Of a stretch of 38,868 nt of DNA, positions 17,455 to 25,912 are shown piece after piece. Within the stretch, counting starts at the first letter, position 1, and every line of letters begins with the position of its first letter. The notes below the pieces were generated by a model. The model was not told the origin of the DNA and ran no database searches. It saw nothing but the letters and a program-made list of their open reading frames with translations. The stretch spans positions 1 to 38,868 of the forward strand of contig JBDRBU010000117.1 in assembly GCA_043822305.1 (NCBI GenBank), given 5' to 3'. Made by a program: the position numbers and the translations under genes. The DNA comes from Candidatus Firestoneibacteriota bacterium (GTDB taxonomy: Bacteria > Oederibacteriota > D2-FULL-39-29 > JBDRBU01).

Positions 17455-18767
17455 TTTATCCCTCCCAGAGAATATTCCAATTCATTTAATGCATGATAAT
17501 AATTATAAATTGCATTTTGATTCTCAAGTTCAGAAATTATCTTTTTTGTCTGTGCCTCAACAAGTTCTGTCAAAGTTGTAAGTCCAGCATTATGCTTTGC
17601 AGAAGTTCCTTCAAAATTTTTACGAAGATACTCATATTTCTTTTTAACCACATCTATATTTTCCTTTTCTTCTAAAACTTTGTAATAATTATTTTTTACT
17701 TGAAGTATTATATTTTGAATCAGTTGCTTTTTACTTGAATCTATATTTTTTAAACTTTTTTCAGATTGCTCTAACCTGGCTTGGCTACTAAAACCACTAA
17801 AAAGAGGAATTAAAATATTAAGACCCACACTCCAACTCGGTTGATTTGGAAAAAAAATATTACCAGTTAAATCATATGAAGCCGAACCAGAAATTACAGG
17901 TAACCATTCACTGTAAACCGATGAAATAGCTGTCTGAGCAAGGTTTTCCTGTAATTCTAACTCCTTAAATTCAAAACGAGAAGAAATTGCTTTATTTTTG
18001 CATTCTTCAAAATCCTTAAAACCTAAAGGGTTCTCCTCTGGAATAGAAAAATCTTCTGTAGTCACATCTTTTAAGGTGCGAAAAAATACTTGTTCACAAA
18101 AAGTCTTTCCCAGAAGATTAATTAACGATAAGGTTGTTAATTCAACTTGATGGTTGGATTTCTTAACCTCTAATTTGAATTTAACATATTCGGATTCTAT
18201 ATTTAAAACATCTATCTCGGTAGCCAGACCTTGTTTTTGTCTTTCCTTTGTAGATTCAAGTAAACTCTCTATACTTTTTAAATTAGAATCAATAATTTTC
18301 TCCATAACTTTAGCCAGAAGCAAACTGTAATAACTTTTTCTTACATTGTAAATCACTTCTTGTTTTTTTCTATCAAGTTGTAAAAGTGATAAACCCTCAT
18401 TGTCCTTAGCTTGTTTTTCAATAGATGATGTTCTACCAAAATCCCAGATATTTTGTTGTAAAGATAATCCAGCCGTATAAGTAGAAACATCTGACGTTGC
18501 TTCTAAACCAGGGAATGAAGACGCTAATAAACCATACAAAGATGATGAAGGACTAACCCTCCGTGATGCTAAAAAATTTCCTGAAATTACTGGCCAGTAA
18601 TTTGCTCTAACCTCTTTAATCTTAGACCGGCTACTTTCCAAATTATTTTTTAAGATAACTATATCTGGATTATTTTCTAAAGCAATATCTACACATTGTT
18701 TTAATGTTAAATTTTCTGCAAAAACCGAAGAAAAAATTAATAAGATAAACGCAATTTTTTTCAGCAT
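17451..18767 (-). CDS. TolC family outer membrane efflux protein
   Basis: Signal peptide, LTLKQCVDIALENNP, duplicated P.ISG halves, WSVGLNILIPLFSG. Confidence 0.9.
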   Translation of the reverse strand: MLKKIAFILLIFSSVFAENLTLKQCVDIALENNPDIVILKNNLESSRSKIKEVRANYWPVISGNFLASRRVSPSSSLYGLLASSFPGLEATSDVSTYTAGLSLQQNIWDFGRTSSIEKQAKDNEGLSLLQLDRKKQEVIYNVRKSYYSLLLAKVMEKIIDSNLKSIESLLESTKERQKQGLATEIDVLNIESEYVKFKLEVKKSNHQVELTTLSLINLLGKTFCEQVFFRTLKDVTTEDFSIPEENPLGFKDFEECKNKAISSRFEFKELELQENLAQTAISSVYSEWLPVISGSASYDLTGNIFFPNQPSWSVGLNILIPLFSGFSSQARLEQSEKSLKNIDSSKKQLIQNIILQVKNNYYKVLEEKENIDVVKKKYEYLRKNFEGTSAKHNAGLTTLTELVEAQTKKIISELENQNAIYNYYHALNELEYSLGGIK

Positions 18768-18799
18768 CTCTCACCTCATAATGGTAGCCAGATTTTTTA

Positions 18800-18832
18800 A
18801 TTCCCCCTTAATAAGGGGGGTTAGGGGGTTGT
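18800..18832. repeat. Solo family A hairpin repeat
   Basis: attcccccttaataaggggggttagggggttgt, matching 10279-10311. Confidence 0.85.
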
Positions 18833-18837
18833 ATATA

Positions 18838-18861
18838 GTCGGGGTCGTCCCAGACCCCGAC
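18838..18861. repeat. Family B 24-bp palindrome
   Basis: gtcggggtc-gtccca-gaccccgac, perfect 9-bp stem. Confidence 0.85.
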
Positions 18862-18871
18862 AGTTATATTA

Positions 18872-19528
18872 TTACAAAATCTTCCCATCTTTAAAATGAA
18901 TAGACTTCTCCGCATATGCAGCAATATCTGATTCATGTGTTACCATTATTATAGTTTTACCGACATTATGCAGGGACCTAAATATCTCCATTATTTCTTG
19001 TCCAGATTTACTGTCTAAATTTCCTGTTGGTTCATCTGCCAGAATTATAGAAGGGTCATTAACTAATGCTCTGGCAATGGCTACCCTTTGTTGTTCTCCA
19101 CCCGAAAGTTCATTTGGTTTATTATTTGCCTTATTCTTAAGTCCAACCATCTCTAAGGCTTTCATTGCTTTTTCTTTTTTGTTTTCATCTCCGCTATATA
19201 TCAATGGCAGTTCTACATTTCTCAAAGAATTAGTCCTTGGGAGTAAATTAAAAGATTGAAAAACAAATCCTATCTTTTTGTTCCTGATTTTAACCAATTC
19301 AGAATCACCTAAATCAGTAACTTCTTTATCTTCAAGTTTGTATGAACCACTTGTGGCTCTGTCTAAACAACCTAAAATATTCATACAAGTAGATTTCCCC
19401 GAACCAGATGGACCCATAATAGCCAGAAATTCTCCTTCTTTTATAGTTAAACTAATTTCATCCAATGCTTTAAATTCTGCATTTCCTGCTTTGTATACCT
19501 TGCTTATCTTTTCTATAGATAAAAGCAT
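18872..19528 (-). CDS. ABC transporter ATP-binding protein (MacB/LolD-like)
   Basis: [47 protein letters not shown]. Confidence 0.95.
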   Translation of the reverse strand: MLLSIEKISKVYKAGNAEFKALDEISLTIKEGEFLAIMGPSGSGKSTCMNILGCLDRATSGSYKLEDKEVTDLGDSELVKIRNKKIGFVFQSFNLLPRTNSLRNVELPLIYSGDENKKEKAMKALEMVGLKNKANNKPNELSGGEQQRVAIARALVNDPSIILADEPTGNLDSKSGQEIMEIFRSLHNVGKTIIMVTHESDIAAYAEKSIHFKDGKIL

Positions 19529-19581
19529 AATATCTCCTAACTAGCTAAACTAGGGACAGCGCCTACTTATTTTTCTTTATA

Positions 19582-19702
19582 ATTCCCCCTTAATAAAGGG
19601 GGTTAGGGGGTTGTTGCCCTTTTAACTGATTTCTCTTGCACGAAATTTTAAATTTGGATTGTATACAACCCCCTTGATCCCCCTTTATTAAGGGGGAATA
19701 CA
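19582..19702. mobile_element. Internally deleted (MITE/REPIN-like) derivative of the DUF559 cassette
   Basis: Both family A inverted repeats are present (19582-19615, 19665-19700; the latter is identical to 10705-10740). They enclose ~50 bp of DUF559 gene fragments. Confidence 0.8.
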
Positions 19703-19717
19703 ACCCCATTTATTCTT

Positions 19718-21163
19718 TTATAGGACATCTTGTATTAATTTTCTAACTACTTTTAACACATCATTTACTGTTATTAAATCTAAACAAAGAGGAATTTCAC
19801 ATTCTTTCTTCCAGCAGGGTTTACATTCTATATCCTTACTTATAACACAATGTTTATCTTTTGTCAAATAAGGATGAAATATCTTTGGTTCTTCTGATCC
19901 AACAATTACAATAGAAGGCACATTTAGCCCAACTGATATATGGGCTAGGCCAGAATCATTTCCTATAAACAAATCTAATCTTGAAATAACCGAGATAACA
20001 TCTCTTAATTTAAGTTCTTTAAATATTATCGGCTTATTTTTCATAAGATTTGATATTTCAAAAACATATTTTTCCTTTAATGGGTCAGTAAAAAAAATCA
20101 CTTTGCAATTAAATCTTTTAATGAGCTCGTCAGATAAAACAGCAAATCTTTCTTTAAACCATATCTTATGTTCTTTACTCGCACCAAGACCAAACCCTAC
20201 TAAAACATCTTCTTTTTTTATCCAATGTTTTTTAAGTAATTTAATGCTTTTAGATTTTTCGTGGGATGTTACAAATACTTCCACATGGTTATTTCTTATG
20301 GGTATACCTAATGCTCTCAAACAATCTAAATCTCGGTTAAGAGCAGATTCATATTCCTGCGGCTTTTGAACTACTATATTTGAAAAATAATTCCGGCCGT
20401 TATGATTGCTAACAACTCTTATCTTGGCTCTAATTAAAAATCCTAATAATGCAGTCTTAAAACTCGACTGGGGACAAATCACCAGATCAAATTTTTCTTT
20501 CATCAATTTAAATACTGTTTTTATAAATCCCTCATAAAAAAAGATATGTTTCATGTAAGGATTATTCTTTAAAACATCAAGACTACTCTGCTGAATAAGA
20601 ACTGATATTTCTGCTTTTTTATAAAACTTCTTAAGATTTCTAATAACTGGAGTTAAAATAACTGTATCTCCAATACCCCTTAGTTTGATAATGAGTATCT
20701 TTTTAACTTCAAATTTTGGGATAGCCGTAACAGTCTCACCTAGCACATAATGTCTTATCGGATTTTTCAAAAAACCATGCCCTTCAGGACAGGGAGATTC
20801 ATATCTAACTTTTCTTATCAATCTTGGCACAATATTATAACCCTGCCCTTTAGGACAGGGAGATTCGTCAGATTCTTTCTTCCATTCACCAGTAATATTA
20901 GAAATTACAGGTATATAAAATTCATTAAAAGAAGTTCCTGGAATAACCTGTCTAATTTCTATTTTTAATGGTATTGAAACTTCCTCATCTGCATTTAAGA
21001 ATAAAACCCATTCACCTTTTGCTTTTTCAATATACTTCTTATCTATGAAACTTTTAGCATCAATTATTATAATTTCTTTAACCCAACCCTTAACAGTTTC
21101 CAAGCATCTTTTAATATTTTCTTGATCATTATATGTAAAAATAATAACTGAAAGATTCAGCAT
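19718..21163 (-). CDS. Fusion of a degenerate GT2 domain and a GT9 domain
   Basis: N-terminal SVIIFTYNDQENIKRCL..WVLFLNADEEVS; C-terminal KILIIKLRGIGDTVILTP..GNDSGLAHISVGLNVPS..CKPC. Confidence 0.85.
   Translation of the reverse strand: MLNLSVIIFTYNDQENIKRCLETVKGWVKEIIIIDAKSFIDKKYIEKAKGEWVLFLNADEEVSIPLKIEIRQVIPGTSFNEFYIPVISNITGEWKKESDESPCPKGQGYNIVPRLIRKVRYESPCPEGHGFLKNPIRHYVLGETVTAIPKFEVKKILIIKLRGIGDTVILTPVIRNLKKFYKKAEISVLIQQSSLDVLKNNPYMKHIFFYEGFIKTVFKLMKEKFDLVICPQSSFKTALLGFLIRAKIRVVSNHNGRNYFSNIVVQKPQEYESALNRDLDCLRALGIPIRNNHVEVFVTSHEKSKSIKLLKKHWIKKEDVLVGFGLGASKEHKIWFKERFAVLSDELIKRFNCKVIFFTDPLKEKYVFEISNLMKNKPIIFKELKLRDVISVISRLDLFIGNDSGLAHISVGLNVPSIVIVGSEEPKIFHPYLTKDKHCVISKDIECKPCWKKECEIPLCLDLITVNDVLKVVRKLIQDVL
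20773..20866. repeat. Two direct copies of a 28-bp imperfect palindrome (family C) inside the GT2-GT9 gene
   Basis: aaccatgcccttcaggacagggagattc (20773-20800) and aaccctgccctttaggacagggagattc (20839-20866), 26/28 identical, offset 66 bp. Confidence 0.8.
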
Positions 21164-22251
21164 ATAAATTTTTCAACTCCTTTTAAGACTTCATCAACCT
21201 TAATCTCTTCGCATTTTTCCCCTTTAACTATAACCAATTTTTCATCATTTTCTGGCGTCCAGTTTTGATAATCATTCTTTCCATAAAGCCCGACAGTTGG
21301 GACATTTATAGCCATGGCCATATGAATTGGCCCGGTATTACCGGATACAAAAACTTTAAAATTAGAAATTAAGGCCGTAAGTTCTAAAACATCCGTTTGG
21401 GGTGCTAAAAAAGAATTACGACCTATTGAATTAACTATTTCATCAGCAATTACTCTTTCGGTTTTTCCCCAGATAACCATTATTTTAACATTATATTTTT
21501 TAACTAATTCCTTCCCCAGTAATATAAATTTTTTAGATGGCCATCTACGAATCCTCCTGCCTGTTCCAGGATTAAAACCTACTAAAATATCACCTAATAA
21601 AATATTATTTTCCATAAGATATCTTTTAATCTTATCAAAATCTTCATCAGACGGATAAAGTTTTGGCTTATCTATATCAGTTTTTATCCCAACAAACTTC
21701 AATAAATCAAGATTCCTGTCTAATTCGTATTTTGAGCCAGAATCTCTTTCCATCTCCAAATTAAAAAAATTAGAACTATACTTGCTTTTATATCCTAATC
21801 TAAATTTTGCCTTAGACAAGTAACAAGCCAGCGCGCTTTTAAGTTCAAAATCATAAATTAAATTTAGACATAAATCATATTTCTGTTTTTCTAATTTGAG
21901 AAGTGTTTTTAAACTGTGAACCAACACTTCATTGACATCTGGATTCCGATGAAGTACATTTTTATTATATTTACCGGTAAGTACATCAATTTTAACATCT
22001 GGAAAATTTTTTTTTATATTTTCAAATACAGGAGTAGCCAGAATTAAATCTCCAACTTTATCCATGCGTATAATAAGAATCTTTTTTATTTCGTTTAAAT
22101 TAATCTCGTTAGAGAATTCTCTATATGTCGGGGTCAGGGACGACCCCGACTCAGATACTTCTTTTTTACCAAATAATTTAATTAAAAAAATAGTTAAAGC
22201 CGTTAAAACATTCCACCATATTTTTCTAATAAGCGAACTATGAAGTTTCAT
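21157..22251 (-). CDS. Glycosyltransferase family 9
   Basis: KILIIRMDKVGDLILATP, GFNPGTG..RRWP, GNTGPIHMAMAINVPTVGLYG. Confidence 0.88.
   Translation of the reverse strand: MKLHSSLIRKIWWNVLTALTIFLIKLFGKKEVSESGSSLTPTYREFSNEINLNEIKKILIIRMDKVGDLILATPVFENIKKNFPDVKIDVLTGKYNKNVLHRNPDVNEVLVHSLKTLLKLEKQKYDLCLNLIYDFELKSALACYLSKAKFRLGYKSKYSSNFFNLEMERDSGSKYELDRNLDLLKFVGIKTDIDKPKLYPSDEDFDKIKRYLMENNILLGDILVGFNPGTGRRIRRWPSKKFILLGKELVKKYNVKIMVIWGKTERVIADEIVNSIGRNSFLAPQTDVLELTALISNFKVFVSGNTGPIHMAMAINVPTVGLYGKNDYQNWTPENDEKLVIVKGEKCEEIKVDEVLKGVEKFIC
22127..22150. repeat. Family B 24-bp palindrome translated in frame in a GT9 gene
   Basis: gtcggggtc-agggac-gaccccgac, perfect 9-bp stem; this stretch encodes SGSSLTPT. 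Confidence 0.85.
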
Positions 22252-22254
22252 GGA

Positions 22255-22992
22255 TTAGCCTTTCTTAAAAATCGGATAGTTCTTTATATTAAGTTTACAA
22301 AGAATATACTTAAACAATGTAAATAAAGTCTGTAACCCATATACGGCACTATTTATGAAGTTTATAGAAGATGAATCTTTAAGGTATCTGGTCGGGCAGG
22401 GAATCTCAGTTATTTTAAATCCAAAAAATACTGTTTGAACAATAACTTCAGTATCAAAAACAAATCTATCGGAATTATTCATAAATGGGATAGTGGTTAG
22501 TAACTTTCGGCTATAGGCTCTAAAACCTGTATGAAATTCTGAAAGATGCTGTCCTAAAACCAAATTTTCAGCAAAGGTTAAAGATCTATTACTGATAAAT
22601 TTATAAATTGGCATACCACCGGATAAAGCAGTTTTACTTAATACTCTAGAGCCTAAGACCAAATCTGCTTTACCCTCTTTTATTGGTTTTATGATTTCTG
22701 GAATTAACTTTGGGTCATATTGATAATCAGGATGCAGCATCACTATTATATCAGCACCTTCTTTTAATGCCTCAGTATAACAGGTTTTTTGATTGCCCCC
22801 ATAACCCCTGTTTTCCGGATGAACAAGAATATTTAATCCTAATTCTTTTGCCTTTCTTACAGTTTCATCATGACTGGCATCATCAACAAGAATTATTTCA
22901 TCTACATACTCTTTTGGAATATCGTCGTATGTTGATTCTAAAGTTCTGGCTGCATTGTAAGCCGGCATGACTACAACTACTTTATTTTTCAT
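22255..22992 (-). CDS. Glycosyltransferase family 2 (DPM1-like)
   Basis: VVMPAYNAA, LVDDASHD, NRGYGGNQK, MLHPDYQYDP, SEFHTGFRAY. Confidence 0.9.
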   Translation of the reverse strand: MKNKVVVVMPAYNAARTLESTYDDIPKEYVDEIILVDDASHDETVRKAKELGLNILVHPENRGYGGNQKTCYTEALKEGADIIVMLHPDYQYDPKLIPEIIKPIKEGKADLVLGSRVLSKTALSGGMPIYKFISNRSLTFAENLVLGQHLSEFHTGFRAYSRKLLTTIPFMNNSDRFVFDTEVIVQTVFFGFKITEIPCPTRYLKDSSSINFINSAVYGLQTLFTLFKYILCKLNIKNYPIFKKG

Positions 22993-23056
22993 AGTAAGTA
23001 TATAATATCATAAAAAGGCAGGATAATTCAATGGCAATATGTTTTGTCATTATGTA

Positions 23057-23974
23057 TTAAATATTAAATTCCGGCTTTGGCTCCATTATGTTTATAGTAA
23101 ACCTGTGAGTTGTCATACCATCGATAAAATTAAATGGCAGGGTAAATGAATAATCTAATCTTCCATCTACATACTTTGTAGGTAAAAAGAATGAAAACCC
23201 TAAGGATAAATTAGAGTAATTATTTGTTCCATAGCCAAATCCACCTCTAAAACTAATATTTGAATCTTTTATTCCTAATGTCTCAAGAAACTTAACATCT
23301 ACTGAATATTCAGAACCAATAGCCCCTTTTATCTCACTATTACGATAGTCACCCTCTGCTGTTAAAAATAAACTCTTGAATAATTTATACTTTGCTCCAG
23401 CCCTATAAATTGACGGCACTGTATCTTTTGAAGATAAACTTACATCTGGCTGGTTTAAATTCTCAAAAGAAGCACCTACTGAAATATCGTCTGTTAATTT
23501 GCTATATAAACTTATGTCCACGGCAAACCCGGAAGCTGTAGTTTTACTAAAAACAGGATTTAATGCAGACAATTCATCATTACCAAATGACTTTAAAAGC
23601 ATTTTAACACCTATTCCCAGGTAACTATTCCTATCAAGCGGATAAGAATAACCTAAAGTAAAAGTATTTTCATTATATAAATTTGCGGCCATATTTAGCC
23701 AACTTACCCCAATAGTTCCATATTTTTGAAAAGGACAAACTACGGCCATATAATTATCCTTGATTCCAAGAAAATAGTTACTGTATGTAGCCGTAAATGT
23801 TATTTCTTTAATCTGTGATATCCCGGCGATATTATAATACATTGCATTGGCATCATCAGCTACACCTACAAAAGCACCTCCCAGTCCGATTGGTCTTGCT
23901 CCAATACCTGTATCATAAAATGCACTGTATGACATACTTGAAATAAGTAGAATTGTTAGAATTATTTTTTTCAT
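23057..23974 (-). CDS. Outer membrane beta-barrel protein of the PorV/PorP-SprF-like group
   Basis: Signal peptide, GIGARPIGLGGAFVGVADDANAMYYNIAG N-terminal motif, amphipathic strands, ENLNQP, THRFTI near the C terminus. Start MKKIIL at 23974. Confidence 0.75.
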   Translation of the reverse strand: MKKIILTILLISSMSYSAFYDTGIGARPIGLGGAFVGVADDANAMYYNIAGISQIKEITFTATYSNYFLGIKDNYMAVVCPFQKYGTIGVSWLNMAANLYNENTFTLGYSYPLDRNSYLGIGVKMLLKSFGNDELSALNPVFSKTTASGFAVDISLYSKLTDDISVGASFENLNQPDVSLSSKDTVPSIYRAGAKYKLFKSLFLTAEGDYRNSEIKGAIGSEYSVDVKFLETLGIKDSNISFRGGFGYGTNNYSNLSLGFSFFLPTKYVDGRLDYSFTLPFNFIDGMTTHRFTINIMEPKPEFNI

Positions 23975-23991
23975 ATACCCCCCTTTTTTTG

Positions 23992-25659
23992 TCACTTGGC
24001 TAAAATTACAGAACCACTACCGGCTACACCCCCACTTACTTTTATCTGATAAACATAAACTCCACCTTCAACAATACCACCACTTAAATTAGTTCCATCC
24101 CAGGATATATCTGAACCACTTGCTACCGTAACAGTATTAATCAACACACCTGTTGGCTGATAAACTTTTAATTCAATTATATCATTCGTAGGATTATACA
24201 CTGTAAATGTAACTTTTTGAAATGCTGGATTTGAACTATTTGGTGTAAATGGATTATTAGAAACTACAACCCCTGGATGTGGAGTAGCAGAAACTTCTGA
24301 TGATAAGGCTATATCAGTTTTTTCTGTAGTTGTTGCATTAATAACAACATTGGCCGTAACTTTATAATAATAAGTTGTCTTATTTATTACATTTGTATCT
24401 GTATAATATGCATTCCCCGATGTCCACTCATCATTATATGGTCCACCACTTGTTGTGCTACGATAAATATTATACGAAGCAATCTCTCCTGAATAAGAAT
24501 AAGGTGTCCAATATAATTTCACCTCATTATCTCCACCAGATGTAGCTATATAAGATGGGATTGGAAGAACCTTTATATTATCAAAATATCCTTCTTTGTT
24601 AGTTAAAAGCCCAATATGACCAGGAGATAGCAGGTTTGTGTCAGTAATATTAAATCTTTCAGTATAATTACTTTCATCTGTTACTGATGTGTATGCTTTT
24701 ATACTACTACCAATACATACAACTTTTAGATAATAATTTGTATTAGTAGATAATGTAGTAGAAGTATCTGCACTCGCCACATCACTAAAACCTCCTACAT
24801 ATTTCCTTAATTCTATTTTATTTGAAGCAACATCCAAACTAAAGAAATAATAATTACTATCCTTTTTTCTAAAAACTAGACCAGTGTAACCAGCATCATT
24901 CAAACGAACTTTAGCCGTATAGACAAAATCTCTATAAGTTGTCTTTGTAAAAAGTGGAGGAGTAGCCTCAGCACAACTACCGTTCTGATAATAAACCTTA
25001 TTTCCACTTACATCTAAAATTTCCCATACTCCACTTGCTTCATTCCAGACACCATTTGTAGTATTATTTGAACTAACTACTTTAATATCATCAATTATTA
25101 TTCCATTTGCACTAATAACAGTTGATGTTTGAAGACCTACTCTTATAGACTTTATACTACTATAATCTGGAGCACCTTGAACCGAAAGTTGTCCTTTAAA
25201 ATAATTCCAACCATCTAATGTAACTTCTGTTGTTTTAGAAGCTACAGTCTTATTAGATGTAATCGCAGAAATTGTTGTACTATCGGTCAACATACCTTCT
25301 ATCCTGGAAATTGTTGCACCAAATCCCGTTGGTATGTAATACCAGAATGTCAGGCAACCTGAACTTAAACCACTTATATCCTTAGGAGTAGTTGAATAAA
25401 CTCCTTCACCTTTTATATAACTATCATTACCTGTATTTCCTTTGTCCCAACCAATACCATTACCAAATTTACTTGATACAATACTAATTGTATTGGTCCC
25501 GGTGTCAACTACCCATGAAGCAGCACTTTGGGGAGTTAAACTTTCACAATCATCTATCAATTCATAATAATACTCATACCCATTAAAATCATCATAGTAC
25601 CCCCATCCTATTACAGGCAGGAAAACCAAAACACACAAGAAAAATAATACTTTTTTCAT
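23992..25659 (-). CDS. Secreted multidomain protein (beta-sandwich/lectin-like, FN3) with a FlgD-Ig/T9SS-CTD-like C terminus
   Basis: Signal peptide MKKVLFF; FN3 motifs VKLYW..SYNIYRSTTSGGPY..YTDTNV...TTYYYKVTA; C terminus NPFTPN..LKVYQPTG..WDGTNLSG..VEGGVYVYQI..GSVILAK. Confidence 0.75.
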   Translation of the reverse strand: MKKVLFFLCVLVFLPVIGWGYYDDFNGYEYYYELIDDCESLTPQSAASWVVDTGTNTISIVSSKFGNGIGWDKGNTGNDSYIKGEGVYSTTPKDISGLSSGCLTFWYYIPTGFGATISRIEGMLTDSTTISAITSNKTVASKTTEVTLDGWNYFKGQLSVQGAPDYSSIKSIRVGLQTSTVISANGIIIDDIKVVSSNNTTNGVWNEASGVWEILDVSGNKVYYQNGSCAEATPPLFTKTTYRDFVYTAKVRLNDAGYTGLVFRKKDSNYYFFSLDVASNKIELRKYVGGFSDVASADTSTTLSTNTNYYLKVVCIGSSIKAYTSVTDESNYTERFNITDTNLLSPGHIGLLTNKEGYFDNIKVLPIPSYIATSGGDNEVKLYWTPYSYSGEIASYNIYRSTTSGGPYNDEWTSGNAYYTDTNVINKTTYYYKVTANVVINATTTEKTDIALSSEVSATPHPGVVVSNNPFTPNSSNPAFQKVTFTVYNPTNDIIELKVYQPTGVLINTVTVASGSDISWDGTNLSGGIVEGGVYVYQIKVSGGVAGSGSVILAK

Positions 25660-25682
25660 AATCCACCCCCTCGACATAATTT

Positions 25683-25713
25683 AATTCGTAATCCTCAATC
25701 CGTAATTCGTAAT
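25683..25713. repeat. Heptamer tandem repeat (AATYCGY)
   Basis: aattcgt aatcctc aatccgt aattcgt aat. Confidence 0.7.
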
Positions 25714-25805
25714 GTTCTACTATATTAGTAGCATTTTTTTGAATTTTGTTCAATTAAATAATGACTTTTTTTATCCCCTTAGTCAATAAAAATAACCGAA
25801 ATTAG

Positions 25806-25908
25806 GTAATCGGTCAGTGATTGTCGCTTTTGGTAGTCGCAACCTTCAGGTTGCGTTATTTGTACGCAGGTTAAAACCTGCGACTACCCTCGATAACTGA
25901 CCCATTAC
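25806..25908. repeat. GTAG-type REP doublet (REPIN-like) nested in an outer inverted repeat
   Basis: GTAGTCGCAACCTTCAGGTTGCG (25833-25855) and CGCAGGTTAAAACCTGCGACTAC (25865-25887); outer arms 25806-25823 and 25891-25908 are 15/18 complementary. Confidence 0.75.
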
Positions 25909-25912
25909 AAAA

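Noticed and set aside
19547..19573. aaactagggacagcgcctacttatttt next to the mini element, possibly another repeat family
   Set aside because: Single copy in the window with only a 4-bp stem.
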